64,000 nucleotides of DNA from an uncultured bacterium (lineage in GTDB: Bacteria > Fidelibacterota > Marinisomatia > Marinisomatales > UBA1611), in NCBI GenBank assembly GCA_943788175.1, contig CALSPG010000007.1, positions 320,001 to 384,000 on the forward strand, written 5' to 3'. Made by a program: the position numbers and the translations under genes. Shown one piece after another: positions 1 to 7,990 of this stretch. Numbering within the stretch: the first letter of the stretch is position 1; each line of letters begins with the position of its first letter. The notes under the pieces were generated by a model. That model was not told where the DNA came from. It saw only the letters and a list, made by a program, of their open reading frames with translations, and searched no databases.

Positions 1-101
1 ATAGGCAAGTCAATGGAACTAGCATCAACTAAGTCTACAATACAATCACCACACTGCTTTATTTTTTCAAAGTACTCTGCATGACATTTAGGGCATATCA
101 T
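1..101 (-). CDS. Partial zinc-ribbon protein (DUF2007-like N-terminus), truncated by window edge
   Basis: Manual translation from ATG at 101: MICPKCHAEYFEKIKQCGDCIVDLVDASSIDLP..., CxxC...CxxC; absent from ORF track. Confidence 0.7.
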   Translation of the reverse strand, partial: MICPKCHAEYFEKIKQCGDCIVDLVDASSIDLP

Positions 102-166
102 TTCATTGTAATTAGAATATTCATATCGTTAATTTGACAAACATTCACCACAGAACAAATACTTGA

Positions 167-3100
167 TTAGAATGGTGAACTTGAGTAAACACCTCCTTTT
201 TTTTCTAATTTTAAATCTTTTAATGTCGGTGATTTTACGTTGAGTTTAAAGTATATGCCTTGTCCAATGCCTCCAGGCGTCCAATTAAGCGAGAGTTCCC
301 AACAATGTAAATCTCTATTTACGGAAACATTATGACTAACTAGATCTCTTTGGACCATATCAAACCTAGCCCGGTATGCAATTTTCCAATATTTAGATAG
401 TTTTATATTAGAAGAACTATTAACCCAAAGAGTCTTATTTGAGTTAAGAGGATTAAAAGCATTGTAATTATAACTAATACTTATATTTGTGCTCCATATG
501 CTCTCGTTGGTTAATGTATTTTTGAAGCTCGTTATTGGGTTTTGTAACCCTGGTCCACCTAAGTCATCTTGAATTGCAATTGAATCCTTAGGTGTCAATT
601 CAGTATCAATTTGATTGTTTAGTGCTTTACCTTTTAATCTAAACCCTGTGGATATACGTGCACTGGTTAATCGTGGTGCAATAATACCTCGTTCATTTTT
701 ATTGAATTTTTCAACTCTGCTTCCGGTTTTCGTATCAAAACCATAAAAATCATGTGTTGTAGACAAATCGAGGTTTAATTTTCCCAAAATTTTAGATCTT
801 AATGAAGATCTCAAGTTAGACAACTTATAATTTTCTGCGGAAAAATTATAACTGCTACTCATTCTCAAACTAAAAAGGTCAATTTTTTTTTCTTCTTCTT
901 TGATAATTGTTTTTGCCTGAAATATATTATTTAAAGAAAAGTTAATATTTTTTTGTTCACTCATTGGCGTACTGCCTGCCATCGTGCCTGCGAACCTATC
1001 ATGTTTAATTTTTTCATTGTTTAAAGGATTATTATAGTCTTTTATATATCCAAAGTCATAACCAAAAAGGGGTTTTGAAAAATCAGGGCTCCAAGAAAAT
1101 CCAATAGAAGGCGATGCAACATGTCTTATGACTTTTAATGGCCCAAAAGGGACAGCAAAAAGACCGTATAATTTTGTATTCGCATTTACAGAAACCGCTC
1201 CCGTAGTGCGAGTATTAAATCCGGTTTTTTCTACAGTTTGAAAACTACTTAATGAGTCGATCCAGATTTTATCAAATGTTCTATTTACCCAGCTAGATCT
1301 AAAATTAATATTCGGATTTACATTGATATTTTTAAACAATTTCATAGGGGCATTCAAAGATGCGGTATGGGTCCAGCCATCATCTTGGAATAATGTGTCG
1401 ATGGGGTTTCCAAAACTATCTTTAGCCCAATCAAAACTGTTTAATGAATCAGAAAATGTAGACTTATAATATTTTTTTTCTTTTTTAGTATAGTTAAACC
1501 CATAATTCCACATAATAGTGTTGTACCATTTTTTTATGTTAGCTGCTGTTGGGAAAAGAGAACTTTGACCATGTCTAAAAGAAATTTTTGGTAAGGTTCT
1601 ATTTGAAATATTTAGTTGTGACCCAGATTGCGTTGGTGGAACGTAATAATTACTAGAATTATCGACTTTTTTATCTACTAAAAGATCTTGGTTTGAATAC
1701 AAATTTAAGCTAAAAGAGTTTTTAGATTTTGGCCACCTTTTTGAATAAGTAATATTTGATGTCGCTTTTTGATCCATTCTTTGAGCTAGGTCTAATCCAT
1801 AATTTCTGTTGTAGTTTCCATTACTTGAATAAGTCGTATTTGCATTAAAACTTTGATTATTTCTTAATTTTTGGACATGGTTCCATTGAACCGTAAAGTT
1901 ACTATTTCTATTTTCTTTTAAAGAAATAATATCTTCACTGCCAGATAAGAATTGTTGATTGCGAATGAAAAGGCTCCCACTATATTTATAACGTAGTCTA
2001 TATTGATTCTTAACATTTAGAACAGCTCCTTGTCTGTCACCAAAGCTGAGTGTAAATTTTGAATCCCAATAATCATTTGGAGCCCAATAAAAACCCAATC
2101 CGTCAATATATTGCCCTCGGGATTTGCTTTCGCCGTAAGCAGGCATTATCCAACCCGAATGTCTTTTACCGCCTTGATGTGGAAAAATTGCTAGGGGTAT
2201 TCCAAAAACAGGTATTTCAGCTATTTTCAATACGATTGGCTTAGCTATAACGACGTCATCTTGAATGATTTTCATTTTTTCCGATTCAAAATGAAAGTGA
2301 GGAGTGTCTAAATCGCAAGTGGTAAAAATAGAGTTTTTTATGTAGATAGTTTTATTGCTTTCATTTCGAATTTCGCTACCTCTATAAAAGCCATCATCTG
2401 CTTTTGTTTTACCATAATTTATTTTACCTCTTCTGGTATCTAAATTATAGGTCATTTCATTACCAACCATTGGATCGCGACCTTTTTCTATTATTGACGG
2501 CTTTAGATAACTGCTTGTAGAATCAGCCCAATCTCTAGAAAAGGCTTTAAGAACTCTAGTTTTCCAGTTTACTTTTATAAATCCTGCTTTGAGGTCTGTA
2601 TTATCATGCCGAGTTTGTGCATTTCCTGACAAATTTGTGTTTTCATCTTTAAGAAAATAATCGAGCTTATCAGCAGAATAAATCAGTGGAAAAGTAGAGC
2701 CGTCAGCTTTTGTATTTGGAATGTATTTTCCTTGAGCACCCCCACTAACAATTATACTATTAAGCTCTTTGTTGTAAAATTTCATTATAATAGTATCGCC
2801 TGAGGTAATATTTTTACCTTTATAAAGAGAGTCTTCGAATATATGATAAGTTGTTGATGCCATCCCTACTAATCTTAATGAATCAAGCGAACCATTAATA
2901 AAAAAACCATCTAATCTTTTGCTAGTCATGTCATCATTTTTTTCAAAAACAGTATGAGAAGAATCCTTTTTGATATTGTCAAATTCCTTTATGCTACTAG
3001 ATATTTTTGCATTTTTAGGAATTAAGATTCTGCTCAATGATTTTTTATCATATTGTAGTACTACTTGTTCGCCAACTATAGTTTTTTGTTCGTCAACAAT

Positions 3101-3694
3101 TATTGGTTCTCTGTCTAAAATAGTTTTTTCAGTAATGTCATTATAGTTAGCGAGGCCACATGTAGCTGTTCTAAGGGAGTCAATGATTTCCACATTGCCA
3201 ATCGCTATGTAGGATATAGCTTCAGATCCGGGATTTTTAACATATTCAATTCTATCAGCTTTGATTTTTTGATCATTTTGAATCAATTCAACGTTGCCTA
3301 GAGCAATGCCACTGTCGAGTTCTGTAAAATAAATAAGACTGTCGGCTACAAGCTTGTAGTCTAAATCATAAATTGTTGGATTTCCGTTACTTTCAAGTTT
3401 ATTTTTTTTTGAATAAAAAGTAATGCTGTCGCATTCAAGAATTAAATCGTCTTTGAATATTTTGACTTGATTGAATAAAAATGCAATATCTTTTCGTTCC
3501 TTATAAACGCTCTTTTGGCAAGTTAATTTAATATCTCCTTTTTGAAACTGGACGTTTCCCTGAAGATGTTTTACAGTTTCAAAGCCTATCTTTTTACTCT
3601 CTAAAACGTCTGCCCGCTTTAATCTTAACTTTTCTGCATTAGCGAGTGTCATCAAAAAGCCAAGGGTTAAAATAATTTTCACGTTAAATGACAA
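167..3694 (-). CDS. lptD: LPS-assembly protein LptD with long N-terminal OstA/LptA-like jellyroll region
   Basis: Signal peptide; OstA-like repeats (LQGNVQFQKGDIKLTC, ALGNVELIQ); FTTCDLDTPHFHF and RDLHCWEL motifs of Bacteroidota-type LptD; C-terminal F. Confidence 0.85.
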   Translation of the reverse strand: MSFNVKIILTLGFLMTLANAEKLRLKRADVLESKKIGFETVKHLQGNVQFQKGDIKLTCQKSVYKERKDIAFLFNQVKIFKDDLILECDSITFYSKKNKLESNGNPTIYDLDYKLVADSLIYFTELDSGIALGNVELIQNDQKIKADRIEYVKNPGSEAISYIAIGNVEIIDSLRTATCGLANYNDITEKTILDREPIIVDEQKTIVGEQVVLQYDKKSLSRILIPKNAKISSSIKEFDNIKKDSSHTVFEKNDDMTSKRLDGFFINGSLDSLRLVGMASTTYHIFEDSLYKGKNITSGDTIIMKFYNKELNSIIVSGGAQGKYIPNTKADGSTFPLIYSADKLDYFLKDENTNLSGNAQTRHDNTDLKAGFIKVNWKTRVLKAFSRDWADSTSSYLKPSIIEKGRDPMVGNEMTYNLDTRRGKINYGKTKADDGFYRGSEIRNESNKTIYIKNSIFTTCDLDTPHFHFESEKMKIIQDDVVIAKPIVLKIAEIPVFGIPLAIFPHQGGKRHSGWIMPAYGESKSRGQYIDGLGFYWAPNDYWDSKFTLSFGDRQGAVLNVKNQYRLRYKYSGSLFIRNQQFLSGSEDIISLKENRNSNFTVQWNHVQKLRNNQSFNANTTYSSNGNYNRNYGLDLAQRMDQKATSNITYSKRWPKSKNSFSLNLYSNQDLLVDKKVDNSSNYYVPPTQSGSQLNISNRTLPKISFRHGQSSLFPTAANIKKWYNTIMWNYGFNYTKKEKKYYKSTFSDSLNSFDWAKDSFGNPIDTLFQDDGWTHTASLNAPMKLFKNINVNPNINFRSSWVNRTFDKIWIDSLSSFQTVEKTGFNTRTTGAVSVNANTKLYGLFAVPFGPLKVIRHVASPSIGFSWSPDFSKPLFGYDFGYIKDYNNPLNNEKIKHDRFAGTMAGSTPMSEQKNINFSLNNIFQAKTIIKEEEKKIDLFSLRMSSSYNFSAENYKLSNLRSSLRSKILGKLNLDLSTTHDFYGFDTKTGSRVEKFNKNERGIIAPRLTSARISTGFRLKGKALNNQIDTELTPKDSIAIQDDLGGPGLQNPITSFKNTLTNESIWSTNISISYNYNAFNPLNSNKTLWVNSSSNIKLSKYWKIAYRARFDMVQRDLVSHNVSVNRDLHCWELSLNWTPGGIGQGIYFKLNVKSPTLKDLKLEKKGGVYSSSPF

Positions 3695-3868
3695 AAGTAT
3701 TCTTTTTATAGAGTTGATTGTGTTTTTAAGAATAATGTATTCATAATGTTTTTGTTCAAAAAGTTATGATTTAAATTATGTTTCTAATTAACATATATTA
3801 ATTTAATATGAATATTGAAATTTTATTTGTTTGCTATGCGGTTTTATAAACTTCCACTTCTAAAATAT

Positions 3869-3942
3869 GCCGGTCTAGCTGAGTTGGTTCAAGCGTCTGA
3901 TTCGTAATCAGAAGTAGGCGAGTTCGATTCTCGTGTCCGGCT
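3869..3942 (+). tRNA. tRNA-Thr(CGT)
   Basis: Cloverleaf: GCCGGTC/GTCCGGC acceptor (one U-U mismatch), anticodon arm TCTGA-TTCGTAA-TCAGA, T-arm GCGAG-TTCGATT-CTCGT; CCA not encoded. Confidence 0.9.
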
Positions 3943-3974
3943 CTTAAACTTCTTTTGAAGTTTATCGTGTAAAG

Positions 3975-4003
3975 AAATGGGGCAGTTTACCGCCCCGTTT
4001 TTT
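3975..4003 (+). terminator. Intrinsic terminator after tRNA-Thr
   Basis: AAATGGGGC-agtttacc-GCCCCGTTT hairpin followed by T run. Confidence 0.55.
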
Positions 4004-4637
4004 CATCGGGTTTTTTTGGTTGATAATACTTTGAGGCTCTCAACGATCCATAAACTTCAGACGCATAAAGTATTGCTGAAGTTCCCCCAAAAATATTGGC
4101 CATAGGTTTATTTTCAGTTTTAATTGCAATAGAGTATGCTTTTGCTGATAATAATAAATTCAACATGCCATAAATCCCATCATAGAATCTACCAGAATGA
4201 AATCTTCCGATTCCGGGTATAAATGCTAACATAGAACTTAATAATGAGGGTTTTAAGTTTTGATTGTAGGAGGCAGGATTTACGTAGTCAATTAACCTTC
4301 CATCTTCATCTTTGTAAGCACCATTGATTTTTTGATGATAAGACAATGCTGAGGGGTTGCATCTTGTTATCCTATCCATAGCTATTATTGAACCAAATAA
4401 AGGACCATTATCTTTTATAGCTAGGCTACAGTAGTTGGAACAGCTAGGGTAAAATTGACAATTTAAAGTACTCGATTTGTATGAAATTTTTTGCCACTGA
4501 GCTACTGGATATATGAATATTTTTTGTAAAAGAGTGGTGCTTTTAGATTTTAATAATGAGTCTGCTGGGTACTCAATTTTAGCATATGCAGACGAGAGTA
4601 ATGTTAATAAAATTAACTTTTTCATATTGCCTATCAT
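3987..4637 (-). CDS. YidD/haemolytic-domain protein with signal peptide and TM2-like C-terminus
   Basis: CQFYPSCSNY...DRITRCNP is the YidD signature; LAFIPGIGRFHSG is TM2-like. Confidence 0.75.
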   Translation of the reverse strand: MIGNMKKLILLTLLSSAYAKIEYPADSLLKSKSTTLLQKIFIYPVAQWQKISYKSSTLNCQFYPSCSNYCSLAIKDNGPLFGSIIAMDRITRCNPSALSYHQKINGAYKDEDGRLIDYVNPASYNQNLKPSLLSSMLAFIPGIGRFHSGRFYDGIYGMLNLLLSAKAYSIAIKTENKPMANIFGGTSAILYASEVYGSLRASKYYQPKKPDEKTGR

Positions 4638-4697
4638 TTAATTAACATAATTTTAAAGATAAAACTAATAATAAATAAGAACTGAAAGCTTTTTAAA

Positions 4698-5003
4698 ATG
4701 GAAAACATTATCGAACTCATTACTTCTAATCCAGTGTATCTAGCTATTGCTGTTATTTTAGCAATTGTCATCGTCTATGGCTTTGTAAAGAAAATTATAA
4801 AACTGGCATTGGTCACTGGGGCAGTTTTTATTTTGTACGTTGCTTATTTACATTACTCAGGAAAAAACACTTCAGAAATTTCTAAAACGGTTTCTAAGTC
4901 AGCAGAAATTTTAAAAGAAGCCGTTTCTAAGACTGGTGAAAAGGTAAAAGATTCTGCAATTAAATCAATAGAAAAGAAGGTAGAGTCAAAATTAACTAAT
5001 TAG
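4698..5003 (+). CDS. Small membrane protein, two TM helices plus Lys-rich tail
   Basis: Hydrophobic N-terminal half, 101 aa ORF. Confidence 0.75.
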   Translation: MENIIELITSNPVYLAIAVILAIVIVYGFVKKIIKLALVTGAVFILYVAYLHYSGKNTSEISKTVSKSAEILKEAVSKTGEKVKDSAIKSIEKKVESKLTN

Positions 5004-5027
5004 TTTTTTTGTACTTAAAATTAATAA

Positions 5028-5666
5028 ATGAGATACAATCACATAGTCTGGGATTGGAATGGAACATTGCTAGATGACCTCTGGTTGTGTTTAGATGCAA
5101 TAAATTCTGTTTTAGATTCTCGAGGTATGAATAGAGTTGATGAAATTAGCTACCGTAAAATCTTTACATTCCCTGTTATCGATTATTATGAACAATTAGG
5201 ATTTAATTTTAAAAACGAAAAATTTCCCATTGTTGGTTTTTTAGATTATTATCGAAAGTATTTTGAAAAATGTTCCCTACATAAAAATGCAAGTTTAGTT
5301 TTAAGAAAAAACAAAATGAATGGATTGTCCCAGTCTATTTTATCGGCTGGTAAGGAGTCCTCATTGTATAGCTGGGTTAAGTCACACAATATTGAAAACT
5401 ATTTCAATGATTTGATTGGTGTTGAAAATGATAATGCTGATGGTAAAATTGAAGCTGGACTCAACTGGATATCCCAAACAGGTATTTCAAAACATAAAAT
5501 TTTATTAATTGGAGATACAATTCATGATAGTGATGTTGCTGCGGAAATGGGAATTGATTGTGCATTGGTAAGTATTGGACATGTTAGTAAAGAAAGGCTT
5601 AAAAATGTAGGCCCCCCAGTATTTGACAGTTTATTGTCAGTTTTGAGTTATGTAGAAAGATGTTAG
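5028..5666 (+). CDS. HAD-family hydrolase (phosphoglycolate phosphatase-like)
   Basis: WDWNGTL motif I, LSA motif II, IGDTIHD motif IV. Confidence 0.9.
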   Translation: MRYNHIVWDWNGTLLDDLWLCLDAINSVLDSRGMNRVDEISYRKIFTFPVIDYYEQLGFNFKNEKFPIVGFLDYYRKYFEKCSLHKNASLVLRKNKMNGLSQSILSAGKESSLYSWVKSHNIENYFNDLIGVENDNADGKIEAGLNWISQTGISKHKILLIGDTIHDSDVAAEMGIDCALVSIGHVSKERLKNVGPPVFDSLLSVLSYVERC

Positions 5667-5667
5667 A

Positions 5668-5705
5668 TATTAGAAACCCTCATTAAAAAATGAGGGTTTC
5701 TAATA
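5668..5705. terminator. Perfect 17-bp inverted repeat, probable bidirectional terminator
   Basis: TATTAGAAACCCTCATT-AAAA-AATGAGGGTTTCTAATA directly after the HAD stop codon. Confidence 0.75.
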
Positions 5706-5711
5706 CAAAGT

Positions 5712-5813
5712 AACCGCTGACCTCCTAAAAGTTTTCAACTCTTAGGTGTGTTACACAGCTGATCCTCTGGAGGTCAGCGTTTTAATATAATTAGACAACT
5801 GATCACCTCCTTT
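5712..5813 (-). other. Structured intergenic element: perfect SD plus 15-codon sORF (5751-5798, MSNYIKTLTSRGSAV) and alternative hairpins; strand uncertain
   Basis: Minus strand AAAGGAGGTGATC-AG-TTG; 11-bp stem 5715-5725/5769-5779. Confidence 0.5.
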
Positions 5814-5910
5814 CGTTTAGTTAATTAATTACACACGTTAAAACATATGAATAAATATAAATATATATCAAATGTTGTTTCTCATTTTATGATGTAAAGT
5901 TTAGGGTGCA

Positions 5911-6432
5911 ATGATTTATATTCACTTAATGCGATTAATATTTCTACTTCTTTTGTCTACTTATCAGTTCGGATGTTTAACAAGCAATCTGGAAATTAAA
6001 GTAGTTTCTGCTGATGAATTATTTGTTGATATCAAAAATAATAATTCTTCAAAAATTGTCTTAGTTAATGTTTGGTCGACTTGGTGTATTCCATGTATTG
6101 AAGAATTTCCTTATATAGTCGACCTTGAGAAAAAGTATAAAAATGAGGATGTAAAGGTGGTTTTTGTGAGCGCAGATTGGGATGAAAATTCTCAAGTAGT
6201 TTATGATTTTTTAGTTAGTGAAGGTGTTACAGGTATTCATTATCGTAAAAAAGAGGGGAACGATGAAAATTTTATTAATGAATTTTCATCGTTTTGGAGT
6301 GGAGCCCTCCCTTTTACTGGTCTCTACAACAAAGATATGGTTCTAAAAAAATACTGGGAAGGGAAAAAAGATGAAGCTTTTTTTAAAAGCAGTATTGATT
6401 CTTTAATAAATAATAGAGGAGAAAAGTTGTGA
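5911..6432 (+). CDS. TlpA-like thiol:disulfide oxidoreductase, probable lipoprotein (start probably 5929)
   Basis: VNVWSTWCIPC thioredoxin motif; GALP cis-Pro loop; QFGC possible lipobox. Confidence 0.88.
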   Translation: MIYIHLMRLIFLLLLSTYQFGCLTSNLEIKVVSADELFVDIKNNNSSKIVLVNVWSTWCIPCIEEFPYIVDLEKKYKNEDVKVVFVSADWDENSQVVYDFLVSEGVTGIHYRKKEGNDENFINEFSSFWSGALPFTGLYNKDMVLKKYWEGKKDEAFFKSSIDSLINNRGEKL

Positions 6433-7016
6433 AAAACATAATTATAATATGCTTGACGGTACTATGTTTTAATTTAGGTGCGAAAGAATTATCTATAGGA
6501 GATGATATTGTAGGCCTTAATTACAGGTTAAATAATATTGACGGGAAAAATCTAAGCATCTCTGATTTAAAAAAAGAAAACGGAATCCTAGTTATTTTTA
6601 GTTGTAATACGTGTCCATGGGTCGTTAGGTGGCAAGATAGATATAATTCTATTGCTAAGACATGTGACGATAATGGAGTTGGTTTTGTTGCCGTCAATTC
6701 AAACGCTAGGTTGCATGACAGTGTTGACAGTATTGAAGAAATGATAAAACATGCAAGGATTAATAAGTATTCTTTTCCTTATGCGATGGATCAAAATGCC
6801 AAATTAGCAAAGGCTTTTGGCGCCGCAAAAACACCTCATGTTTATTTATTTAACAGCGATGGTAAACTTTTTTACAAGGGTGCTATTGATGACAATGCTA
6901 AAAGCGCAAAAAAAGTAAAAAACAATTATCTAAAAGATGCACTTGATGCTTTGGGAAGAAACGAAAAGATTGCGTTGAGCTCAACGAAGGCACTAGGCTG
7001 TTCAATAAAGTTTTAA
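6429..7016 (+). CDS. Exported thioredoxin/peroxiredoxin-like (AhpC/TSA, redoxin) protein
   Basis: FSCNTCPWV, GAAKTPHVYLF, YKGAIDD, GCSIK motifs. Confidence 0.88.
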   Translation: MKNIIIICLTVLCFNLGAKELSIGDDIVGLNYRLNNIDGKNLSISDLKKENGILVIFSCNTCPWVVRWQDRYNSIAKTCDDNGVGFVAVNSNARLHDSVDSIEEMIKHARINKYSFPYAMDQNAKLAKAFGAAKTPHVYLFNSDGKLFYKGAIDDNAKSAKKVKNNYLKDALDALGRNEKIALSSTKALGCSIKF

Positions 7017-7037
7017 TTAGATTGAGATTCTGTTGAG

Positions 7038-7110
7038 TGGCTCGGGCCGGAATCGAACCAGCGACACATGGATTTTCAGTCCACTGCTCTACCAACTGAG
7101 CTACCGAGCC
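7038..7110 (-). tRNA. tRNA-Phe(GAA)
   Basis: Reverse complement GGCTCGGTAGCTCAGTTGGTAGAGCAGTGGACTGAAAATCCATGTGTCGCTGGTTCGATTCCGGCCCGAGCCA, canonical cloverleaf. Confidence 0.97.
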
Positions 7111-7335
7111 AACAACAAAAATTATAAGATGATGCAAATGATTAACAGACCTAATCAATTAAGCTGCGAAAATTAATATATTTTATTGGTATTTCAACTT
7201 TTCTTATGAAATGATTTTAAAAATTAAAAAACACACGTGACTGTTTTTGGATTTTTATTCAATCACAAGTTAATGTAAATATTGATTTAGCAATCTTAAC
7301 TTCAGCTCCATCTTTAACGTTTATAAAACAAAACA

Positions 7336-7937
7336 ATGCGAATGCAAGAATTAGTTATAGCGACGCATAACAATGATAAAAAAACAGAGATGCAATATGC
7401 ATTAAAAGGTTTAGAGGTTAAAATTTTATCTCTTGATAGTTTCCCGGAAATTGGTGAGATTGAAGAATCAGGTTCTACGTTACTTGAGAATTCTTTCATA
7501 AAAGCTAAAGAGGTTTATCGGAAAACAGGAATACCGACCTTAGCTGATGATACGGGTCTCGAGGTAGAATTTTTAAACGGAGCTCCGGGGGTTTATTCAG
7601 CTCGTTATGCGGGGGAAAATGTCACTTATGAAGACAATGTCAAGAAGTTGCTTTCTGAACTCGCTGGTGTAGAAAAAAAATTAAGAGCGGCGCAGTTTAG
7701 AACTGTGATTAGCTTTTTCAGTGCTAAAAAGGAACTTTGGGTTGATGGACGTATTGAAGGTACTGTAACTGAAAAGCCGATTGGCGAAAAAGGTTTTGGT
7801 TATGATTCAGTTTTTTTTGTGCCTGATAGAGATTTAACTTTTGCTCAAATGGGAAAAGAAGAAAAAAAATAAAATTAGTCACAGGGGTTTAGCTTTAAAA
7901 AAGATGGTTAGACTTTTTAAAAGAAAACATCTACTAA
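7336..7937 (+). CDS. rdgB: Non-canonical purine NTP pyrophosphatase RdgB/HAM1; frameshift in A8 run at 7862-7869, 3' end approximate
   Basis: ATHNNDK, ADDTGL, APGVYSARY, GFGYD; the conserved KISHRG motif is in the +1 frame after the A run (stop at 7937 or 7984 depending on a possible second indel). Confidence 0.9.
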
Positions 7938-7990
7938 AAAAGGGAGGTTTTATCGATCAAACTCGCTATTGTTTAACTAAATAATAAATC

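Noticed and set aside
5801-5813. 16S rRNA 3' end (GATCACCTCCTTT) suggesting an rRNA gene or fragment
   Set aside because: Upstream sequence lacks the helix 44/45 sequence (e.g. AAGTCGTAACAAGG); better read as a minus-strand SD or an anti-SD mimic
3869-7110. tRNA-flanked segment as an integrative island
   Set aside because: No integrase, no duplicated tRNA 3' end, and the enclosed genes look like ordinary housekeeping genes
6898-7158. 86-aa minus-strand ORF
   Set aside because: It is a translation through tRNA-Phe and the end of the opposite-strand gene
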